A stretch of DNA of 49,529 nt from assembly GCA_044345405.1 (NCBI GenBank), contig JBIJBE010000024.1:1-49529 (forward strand), written 5' to 3'. The translations under genes and the position numbers were made by a program. Below the pieces are notes generated by a model, which was not told the origin of the DNA, searched no databases, and saw only the letters and a program-made list of their open reading frames with translations. This stretch comes from Bdellovibrionota bacterium (lineage in GTDB: Bacteria; Bdellovibrionota_C; UBA2361; OMII01). Every line of letters starts with the position of its first letter. Positions within the stretch are counted from its first letter, which is position 1. Positions 29,759-38,100 of the stretch are shown one piece after another.

Positions 29759-30529
29759 ATGACGACCACATCCGTTCACGCCATCGCCGCACACCTCAAC
29801 AACCTGCTTGAGATAGGGCGGTACGCGGACATGGCCGTTAATGGCCTTCAAGTTGAGAGTCCAAACGCTAGTGTCCGAAAGGTAGGATTCGCGGTCGACG
29901 CCGGGTACTCCGTCATCGAGGCGGCGGCTGATGCTCACTGCGACCTCCTCGTTGTTCACCACGGAATTTTGTGGGGCGGCTGCCCTCCGATCGTTGGACC
30001 GCTCGCGCGAAAGCTCCAACTCTGCATGAGTCGAGGGATTTCACTGTACGCCGCTCATCTTCCCCTTGATGGACACCTTGAATACGGAAACGCCGCGCAA
30101 ATCGCCCATCTTCTCGGTATAGCAGACGCGACTCCTGCCTTTGCGCACAAAGGGTCGACTATCGGAGTGCGGGGCACGCTGCCCGCTCCGCGCACTCCCC
30201 ATGAAATAGCCTCCCAGGTCTGCCACTGTGAGGGGGCCCTCCAACCACCCCTCACCCTCCCGTTCGGCCCGAACCAGGTTCGCGCGATCGGTATCGCCAC
30301 AGGAGCCGCTACCTCGGTCATTCCCGAGTGCGCGGAGATGGGGATAGACCTGCTCATCACTGGGGAGTCTAAGCAGGAGGCCTATCACTCCGCCAAGGAA
30401 CATCAGGTTAATGTAATCTGCATGGGTCACTACGCCAGTGAAACCTTCGGTGTTCGCGCCTTGGAGCGTGTACTCAATCGTGATTTTCGTGTAGAAACGA
30501 GCTGGATAAGTGAACCAACAGGAATCTAG
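29759..30529 (+). CDS. Nif3-like dinuclear metal centre protein (YbgI family)
   Basis: NGLQV, LLVVHHG, HLPLD.H...GN, GHYASETFGV. Confidence 0.93.
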   Translation: MTTTSVHAIAAHLNNLLEIGRYADMAVNGLQVESPNASVRKVGFAVDAGYSVIEAAADAHCDLLVVHHGILWGGCPPIVGPLARKLQLCMSRGISLYAAHLPLDGHLEYGNAAQIAHLLGIADATPAFAHKGSTIGVRGTLPAPRTPHEIASQVCHCEGALQPPLTLPFGPNQVRAIGIATGAATSVIPECAEMGIDLLITGESKQEAYHSAKEHQVNVICMGHYASETFGVRALERVLNRDFRVETSWISEPTGI

Positions 30530-30533
30530 AAGT

Positions 30534-31709
30534 ATGCGTCAATTAAAAGACTTAGATGTAACAGGAAAACGAGTTCTCATTCGCGCGGACCTCAATGTCC
30601 CTCTCAACGATGCGCAAGAGATCACCGACGACAACCGTATCAAGGAATTCTTACCAACCCTTCAGCACGTTCTTGCGCACGGTGGTCGAGCGGTTCTCAT
30701 GTCTCATCTTGGAGAGCCGAACGGACGCGAAGCGAACTTCTCACTCAAGCCGGTGAGCCGTCGCTTAGCTGAGCTCCTGAACACCGATGTGATGATGGCG
30801 CCTGATTGCGTTGGACCAGAGGTAACCAAGCTCGCGAGCGAACTTAAGGATGGACAGGTACTCCTCCTTGAGAACCTCCGCTTCAACCCGGGCGAGAAGA
30901 AGAACGATCCTGAGTTCTCACAACAACTCGCCAAGCTCGGAGAGGTGTTCGTCGGCGACGCTTTCGCGACGGCTCATCGGTCGCACGCTTCGATGGTAGG
31001 AGTTCCGAAGCTCTTCAAAGAGAAGGCCGCCGGCCTCCTCATGCAGAAAGAGGTTGATTACTACAACCAGGCTATGGAGAAGCCGAAGAAGCCACTCTGC
31101 GTGGTCATCGGTGGCTCCAAGGTTTCGAGCAAGCTTAATGCCCTCGTAAATCTCGCCTCTAAAGCTGACAAGCTTATCATCGGCGGCGCTATGGCGAACA
31201 CCTTCCTCGCCGCTCAGGGATTGCAGGTTGGACGCTCACTCTTTGAGCCAGATCTTGCCCCGAAGTGCCTTGAACTTCTCGGAACACTCGCTCGTCGCGA
31301 CTGCAAAGTTTACCTTCCGGTGGATGTTGTGGTGGCACCTTCGCTCTCCAGCAAGGGACTCGGACGAGCTGTGCCAGTTCAGGAGATCCCAGCTGACACG
31401 ATGGCTCTCGACGTGGGTCCAGCGACAAGCCTCCTCTATCGTGAGGCGCTCCACTCCGCCGAGACGATCGTATGGAACGGCCCGATGGGAGCGTTCGAAA
31501 ACGAGGATTTCTCGAAGGGAACACACGACATGTGTGAGTCTATCGCCAACTCTCATGGCCTCACGGTAGTGGGTGGTGGTGACACCGACGCGGCTATCCA
31601 TCAGATGCAGCTTGGACATAAGTTCAGCTTCATCTCCACAGCTGGTGGCGCGTTCCTCGCCCTGCTTGAGGGGAATTCCCTTCCAGGCATTAAGGCTCTT
31701 GAGTCGTAA
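30534..31709 (+). CDS. pgk: Phosphoglycerate kinase
   Basis: RADLNVP, SHLG, LLENLRF, DAFATAHR.HAS, GGSKVSSK, WNGPMG.FE, GGGDT, STAGGA. Confidence 0.97.
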   Translation: MRQLKDLDVTGKRVLIRADLNVPLNDAQEITDDNRIKEFLPTLQHVLAHGGRAVLMSHLGEPNGREANFSLKPVSRRLAELLNTDVMMAPDCVGPEVTKLASELKDGQVLLLENLRFNPGEKKNDPEFSQQLAKLGEVFVGDAFATAHRSHASMVGVPKLFKEKAAGLLMQKEVDYYNQAMEKPKKPLCVVIGGSKVSSKLNALVNLASKADKLIIGGAMANTFLAAQGLQVGRSLFEPDLAPKCLELLGTLARRDCKVYLPVDVVVAPSLSSKGLGRAVPVQEIPADTMALDVGPATSLLYREALHSAETIVWNGPMGAFENEDFSKGTHDMCESIANSHGLTVVGGGDTDAAIHQMQLGHKFSFISTAGGAFLALLEGNSLPGIKALES

Positions 31710-31741
31710 GCTCAACGAGTAATCCTTATCAGATACACAGA

Positions 31742-31779
31742 CAGAGAGGCCCGGCGATGAAGATCGTCGGGCCTCTCTG
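31742..31779. terminator. Long stem-loop after pgk (terminator or mRNA stabiliser)
   Basis: CAGAGAGGCCCGGCGAT-gaag-ATCGTCGGGCCTCTCTG, 17-bp stem with one G-U pair; no clear U-tract. Confidence 0.55.
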
Positions 31780-31919
31780 CCTATGCTTACGTGAATCGGT
31801 CCCTACGACGGGGCGGGGAGGGTCTTTATATTCAACAAAGCAAAGACAAGCACCATCCCCCTCACGTGGTAGCCATTAAAAGAGTAGCCGCCCTCCCGAG
31901 GCACCGCTATACTGTCCTC

Positions 31920-32363
31920 ATGCGAAAGTTCATCACTACATTCATGGTCTCCCTCGTTGTAGCTTCCACAACCGTGGACGCTCGTAGCCAAGAGGTTTCA
32001 GCACTCGGCAACATGGCTGACTGCAAAGCTCTCCCTCGCACGGTCCAGATAGTAGATCGCTCGAAAGCGTGCGGAAACAACCCGGCAGTAATCCTAAGCG
32101 GTCCCTATAAAAGGGTATTTAGCGCCGCGTTTCGGTGGGACGACGGAAGCTCCGCTGGTCAAGATAGACATCCCTCAAGATTGAACGATGCAAGCGCTTC
32201 CTCGAGTCCCTACAAAACGCAACGCCGAATCAGAGGTAGCAAGCAGCACGTTCTGTGCTACGGACAATTTTTGACGCCGAACCTCCCCGCCCCCGAACAA
32301 CTGACGATTAAAAGGACCGCATCTCCCAAGCTCGATAGGTTCTGTGTAAACTTCTCCGATTGA
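31920..32363 (+). CDS. Putative secreted Cys-containing hypothetical protein
   Basis: MRKFITTFMVSLVVAS... signal-like start; four Cys in the mature part; start is inferred. Confidence 0.55.
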   Translation: MRKFITTFMVSLVVASTTVDARSQEVSALGNMADCKALPRTVQIVDRSKACGNNPAVILSGPYKRVFSAAFRWDDGSSAGQDRHPSRLNDASASSSPYKTQRRIRGSKQHVLCYGQFLTPNLPAPEQLTIKRTASPKLDRFCVNFSD

Positions 32364-32376
32364 AAAGTCGTAACTC

Positions 32377-33687
32377 TCACGACTTTTTGGCCGGGAGGAT
32401 GGTCCCGACGACCTCACCAAAGCCAACCCTATACCCATCGCCTTCACACCACCCGCGCATGCGAACGGAATCTCCATCGGCGAGGTAGCGTCGCTCCTCG
32501 CCGGTCGGAAGCTTCACAGGTTCCTTTCCTCCCTTCGTGATCTCAAGCAGACATCCAAGTGAGTCAGGGGTCGGTCCGCTGATCGTGCCTGTGGCGTAGA
32601 GGTCTCCAGCGAAGACAGGACATCCATTAACCGTGTGGTGCGCAAGCTGTTGAGTGTTATCCCAATACAAAAATTTAGCGTTTGAGGTAGTGGTAACGTA
32701 TTCCTCTCCGGGCCCCATCTTCGCCGTACGAATCGCGACCTGAAGGTGCATATCGAACACCCGTCGCCCGGACCGGAGATACTCGAGCGGCTGCGGCTCC
32801 TGCGGCTGCGCCTCGACCGTGAAGGGAGCGAGCGCGTCTAAGGTAACGACCCACGGCGAGATCGAGGTACCGAAGTTTTTCCCAAGAAACGGTCCAAGGG
32901 GTTGATACTCCCACTTCTGAATGTCTCGAGCACTCCAGTCATTCAGGAGCACAACCCCAAAGACATGATCGTCGACCTTATCGCATGATATCGACTCGCC
33001 AAGCTCTGAACCCACTCCAACGACAAACGCCAGCTCCAACTCAAAATCGAGCGCCTTTGAGGGACCAAACACCGGTGGCTCGTCCTCTACTGGTCTTGTC
33101 TGCCCATGCGGCCGATGGAGATTGGTGCCGGAAAGCACGATCGATCCGGCCCGCCCATCGTAGGCGATCGGGATATGCCGCCAATTGGGATTGAGCGCGT
33201 TCGCGGGATCACGAAGGAGCGCTCCTACGTTACGCGCATGATCAATTGAGGAGTAAAAATCGGTATAGCCGCCAACTCGAATCGGCATCGAGAGTGTCAC
33301 GCTATGGCGTGGATACAGCGCGCGAGCACAAAGATCAGCGTTGTCGCGAAGGGTAGGACAATCCTTACTCAAAAGCTCAGTTATACGCTGCCGGGTTGAG
33401 CGCCATACTGAACGACCTCGTTCCATATAGCGATTCAGCACCGCGTCAGAGAAATACCGCTCTGCTCGAGCCTCATCTCCAAGAAGACCAGCCTCCGCGA
33501 TCTCAGAGAGATCAAGAACGAAATCCCCGATTGCGACGCCGATGCGAGCGGTGTTTGCGTTCGGAGGCATGAAAGATCCATACGGCAGGTTCTGAATCGG
33601 AAAATCACTATCCGGACGCACGTCGATGAAAGAGCGAAGGTGCGGAGGTGTAACGCCGGTGTCAGGATTCGTGGAGGAATGTGCCAT
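32377..33687 (-). CDS. fahA: Fumarylacetoacetase
   Basis: DFPIQNLPYG, YTDFYSS..HA.NVG, LDFELE, NDWSARDIQKWEY.PLGPFLGKNF, GTISGP, VGFGEV.G. Confidence 0.95.
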   Translation of the reverse strand: MAHSSTNPDTGVTPPHLRSFIDVRPDSDFPIQNLPYGSFMPPNANTARIGVAIGDFVLDLSEIAEAGLLGDEARAERYFSDAVLNRYMERGRSVWRSTRQRITELLSKDCPTLRDNADLCARALYPRHSVTLSMPIRVGGYTDFYSSIDHARNVGALLRDPANALNPNWRHIPIAYDGRAGSIVLSGTNLHRPHGQTRPVEDEPPVFGPSKALDFELELAFVVGVGSELGESISCDKVDDHVFGVVLLNDWSARDIQKWEYQPLGPFLGKNFGTSISPWVVTLDALAPFTVEAQPQEPQPLEYLRSGRRVFDMHLQVAIRTAKMGPGEEYVTTTSNAKFLYWDNTQQLAHHTVNGCPVFAGDLYATGTISGPTPDSLGCLLEITKGGKEPVKLPTGEERRYLADGDSVRMRGWCEGDGYRVGFGEVVGTILPAKKS

Positions 33688-33786
33688 AGGATTAGTATAG
33701 AGCGATCTGGCGTTGTGGTAGACCAGAAAACGCTAGCATGGGGTAAATGAGGGGGACAATTCAAATTTATGGTGGGCGGACCTTTG

Positions 33787-33964
33787 GCCACCTGGTGCGG
33801 CCACCTGGCGGCCACCTGGTGCAGCCCAACTATCTCCCGGCCACCTGATGCAGCCCAACTATCTCGCCTCAAACTTCACACTGGGTAATCATACCAATTC
33901 CAGCCACCTGGTGCAGCCCAACTATCTCGCCTCAAACTTCACACTAGGTAATCATACGAATTCC
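33787..33964. repeat. Nested direct-repeat cluster: five GCCACCTG units, three extended to TGCAGCCCAACTATCTC, the last two forming a 63-bp-period tandem duplication
   Basis: Units start at 33787, 33800, 33811, 33840 and 33903. Confidence 0.9.
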
Positions 33965-34116
33965 GCTCTTTTTCTGAGAACCACTTGCCCCCAAGGTGTT
34001 ATTGTTTTGCCAAGAGGAACGGGTTTGCCGACATGAAAGCTCGAAAAGGTTTGTTTTCTCGGCTTCTATAAATACACTAATCGCGTTAGCGCTTCAGCTT
34101 CATGAGATAGCGGACC

Positions 34117-35085
34117 TTAGAAAGCGTTACACAATCGCGGTATGGGAGGTTTAAAACACCCTGGCGGCCACGGGACGTCGGTATATCCCTGCTTCATTAG
34201 GAGATAGCATTCCCTGCACTTACGGATGAAGCTGTGAAACGTCTCCAGGAATGCAAGCCTAAGCTCCTTGGAGGAGGCAAACATGAAGATCTTTCGGCTC
34301 TTCTTTTTGGGAACGTAAGCATCTGTTACGACGAACCCCTCTATCCGTCGTAGGGGGGCTTTCTTTGGAGCCAGTCGAGCTTCCTCCTCTCGGACTTCCT
34401 TGATGATCCGCTGTCGTACCTTCTCAATCTCAATCGGGTCTACAATCTTAAACGCATGAAGCCATTTAAGGGGCATAACGCGAACTGTGTTACGTTCTCG
34501 ACTGGATGCCTTGTCCTGAATTCTGTTAACAAGAGCACGCTCCTCGGAGAGCGATGGATTCTCCTGAGAGAGTGGTCCTACATCCGGAAGAAGGACCCAC
34601 GGCACTTCCTTCTCAACACTTGCGTTGACATCAGCAGGAACCGACAGGAATTCTTTCCATGTGTTGCATCCGGTATACTCATCAATCGTTCGGACGAGTC
34701 CCGCACGGACCGGATTAAGGTAGGCATAGACAACTCGACCAATCGCGGCTTCAAGGTCTAGGACCTCTCCGATGTTGGTTCTCTTATCCCACAGGTTTAA
34801 TTGGGAAAGGTTCAAAAGACGCTTAAGAAAGTCCGTCAGTTGCTTCTTTAGTCGCTCGTGGAAATGGGTAAGCGCTTGGCAGTCCAGGGAGAATACCTGC
34901 ATGTGGACATGGTTACTCATCCACACATAACTACAGACGATGATGGCTTCCGTGCGCAGCAAGCGTCCCATGATGCTTTCAATTAAAAGCGTTGTCAGAG
35001 CGCGAGCTGGCAGAGGCAGTCCCCTAAGGGACCGAAAGCACAGATCATACATCTTCTTACTTCGAGGCATTCTTCGTTTGCGCAT
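34117..35085 (-). mobile_element. HUH/Y1 transposase of the REP-associated (RAYT / IS200-like) type
   Basis: YVWMSNHVHM (HUH), YAYLNPVRAGLV (catalytic Tyr plus NPV.AG motif); AGGAGG RBS before ATG 35085. Confidence 0.82.
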
Positions 35086-35138
35086 AGTGCCTCCTACATC
35101 GAGAGGCGTGCGCAAATGTTGCATCTTTAATTCAAGAA

Positions 35139-35173
35139 AGTTGGGCTGCACCAGAGAAGAGCACCAGAGAAGA
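35139..35173. repeat. Inverted copy of CTGGTGCAGCCCAACT (35139-35154) overlapping a 13-bp tandem duplication GCACCAGAGAAGA
   Basis: AGTTGGGCTGCACCAG is the exact reverse complement of 33816-33831 and 33908-33923. Confidence 0.88.
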
Positions 35174-35179
35174 GCAGGG

Positions 35180-38100
35180 CTACGCCGCAACGCTCTTTCC
35201 AGCAAACACGATAGGCTCAGGCATTTCCGTTCCCTTACCTCGTGAGATAGAGATAGACGGCGCTCCCTTCAACTGCTCCTCAATCTTCTCAGCGATCTTA
35301 ATTGCGAGCTGACTCGGCGAAAGGAATCTGAGAAACATAGAGGCGCCCGGCCCAGCGAAACGCTCCGCTATCGTTGAAGAGAACACCGGATCAACTTCAC
35401 CGCTTCTGAAGACAGCCGCGATCGCTCCGCCAAGGTCACTTCGCTTCAAGAGCGTGCTCTCACCCGTGGAGTCGAAGCGCATAAAGTCGTTCAGAGCCAG
35501 AAGCGCTCGTTCCACCGATACGAGATAGGCTGGAGCGACACCATCGTGTTCACGTCGCTCCCGAATAATAGAGTGAGCGCGCTCAAGGAGACCAGTCTTT
35601 CCTTGAAGGTATCCCTCAACGAGATCACAGAGCACGGTCGCAAGTTGCCGCTTCTCCGCATCGGTTGGAGCTGTCAACGCCATACACCCGTGATCAAACA
35701 ACCCGATCGTATGTGTCCCGTTGCCCCTCACAATCTTTGATTGCGAACCGTGACGATCGTGGTCGAACCGCTCGCCCGATAGGATATTCACCAGCTCGGC
35801 CGTAATATGCGCCAGCGCCGCTTTTCGAGTAAACGGATCCTGCGCTCCATCACGCTCAAAGATATCGAGGAAATGTTCCCCATCAACCTTCTGCTGGTGT
35901 CTGAATTCAGGCCCACACCCCTTCCACGCCGCGGTATTGAAAGAGAAGGTGTCGTCATCGACACCGATTGACAGTCCCTCGTAGCGCTTCCATGCGTTCA
36001 CCTGTTGAACAACACCCTTCTCGTGGTCGGTCTCAAGAGCGATCATCTCGCGCGCCTGTTGAATACTTTCGACGAAGGGACCAGCAACATGCTTTAATTC
36101 AGGATCATTCGAGAGCCGAATAGCTATCGCCTCCATCCGGTCGAGCCCGGTACGAGCGAGCTCTCGGGCGTGGGGACGGAGTATGGAGAGCACTGAGTCA
36201 TCGCAGTCCACGGCGATGTAGTACGAGGCGGCTCCTAAGGTACTTCCAATACGGGGCAGCGCGGCGTCTCTGTAGGATTCCGGAACAGCCTCAGCGATTC
36301 GTTCAAGGAGGTCCCATCGAGGCAGGGGGTCGCTCATCGATTTAATGCTCTTAGTATCGCTTCGAAGGTCCTCAGGGGTGAGCGGGTGGCTATTGATAGC
36401 CTGTCCAAGCTTCTTCTCGGCGGGCCCAAGCATCGAGAGGATCATCGCGAGACGCTTACCCGCTGAATACTCCTCGGGTGCTCCGGCGACCTTCTCACTC
36501 GCCGCCATCAACGCGGCGAGCATAAACCCACGCAGCGATGGATCGGTCTCCTCCAGGAAGATTTTCAGGATCTTCTTTGAGTCAGCGCCGTACCGCATGC
36601 CCTCGGGGAATATCTGCTCCGCCACAAAATCGAACGCTTTGTAGAAATGGTCGTGGGTACCCGACTTGCGATCCTGATACTCCGCCTCGGGCGGAATAAG
36701 CAGCAACTTCAACGCCACCGCCCGCACCTCCGCGCTCTGCGACCAAAAGAGCTCGTAGAATTGTCGAGCATGCTGCTCCTCAAGGGGAGTAACAGCGAGC
36801 TTCGATTCCCGCCGAACTCGAGGGTATTCCCTATCGAATTCACGAAGGACATCCTCCACGAATGATAAACCTTCCTCTCCATACTCTCCCATCCCTCCCG
36901 CACCAAGTGGCTGGGCCGCCTCCTCAATGACCGTACTCACCGGTATCGGCGTTCGCTTGAGTGTGCCGGCTTCACGAGAGACTCTATCCTCCATCTCGGA
37001 GAGCTGCTGTACCCGTCCCTCGAGGGCACGATGCCGTTCAACAAGGTCCTCCTGCGCCAGCTGCAAGTGCTCAAGGGCTACCTCCAGTTCGGCAGACACA
37101 GAGGCCTCGTCATTCTCGTCGAATGAGGAAGAGAGCTCCTCAAGGGGGGTCTCCATCACTCGATAAAGATGAGGAAACTTAGACCGGGGTAGCAAGTCCC
37201 CGAACGTGGTTAGAACCGAACACAACTCGGCGTGAAAACCCCGAAGAAATGGCGGGCGTTCTTTTATGAGTTTATCAATCCTCGCTTGCTTTTGATCGCT
37301 CTCGCGCGTCAGCTTCGCTACCTCCTTATCGAAGCGAGACTCCTCGCGACGCCGCTCTCGCTCAAAGCTCTTCGAGAGCCCCTCTCGCGACTTCGTGATC
37401 ACGGAATCGAGGGCTGCTTGGGTACGAGCCGCGCTAATTCGATCCTCCAAAGCGCTAACGAATTCATACTCAGGAAGGTTCGCGAGCCGCGTGAGCAACG
37501 CGCGCCGAACCCGGTCTAGCTCGGGTTGCGCGGCGGCGGGATTGAGAGCTTTCACCTCAACGCTTCCCTGTTCGAGAACCGCGTCGAACATCGCCTTTTC
37601 GCTATCGATTGCCGCTTGAAGCGCGGCCTTACATTCGGCGGCGTGGCAGCGCAAAAGCTCGGTCGCTCGGGCCGGACTCACAAAATCGTCAAGATCCGTC
37701 AGCGGCGCGAGAAGCTTCTTACGCGTATCGTCCGCTATCGCTTCAGGCATTATATTTTCAAGGGACTCGGCTAGGTCATCCGTGGGATAGTCAGCGCCGT
37801 CCACCTTGTCTAAGTATTCAAGAAGATCCGTGCTCGCTTGATGAAACAACCGACCCACCCAGCCCCGCTCGTCCGTCATTCGCCCAATCGCTTGCATACG
37901 TGTCTGTGTGTCCGCAAGCTGCTTTTCATGACGGACTAGGATCCCCTCCACCGTTTCGGTGAGAGCCGAGATCTCTCGATTCCGGGAGATATCCACGCGG
38001 CGGGCGAACTCCTCAAGGTTTCGCGGTGTAAACGGTTGCGAGAGGAACCTCACAACGGCATCACGCCTCCACGCATCCTGGTTGATAAACTCAAACCCCG

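Noticed and set aside
33787-33964. Possible CRISPR array
   Set aside because: The sequences between repeats are near-identical or absent rather than unique spacers, periods are irregular, and no cas genes are present
33848-34036. 62-aa ORF with a 21-aa repeat
   Set aside because: Arises from the 63-bp DNA duplication; no RBS or other coding evidence
35086-35205. N-terminal extension of the transposase overlapping the giant gene
   Set aside because: It runs through the flanking repeat, and ATG 35085 has a clear AGGAGG RBS
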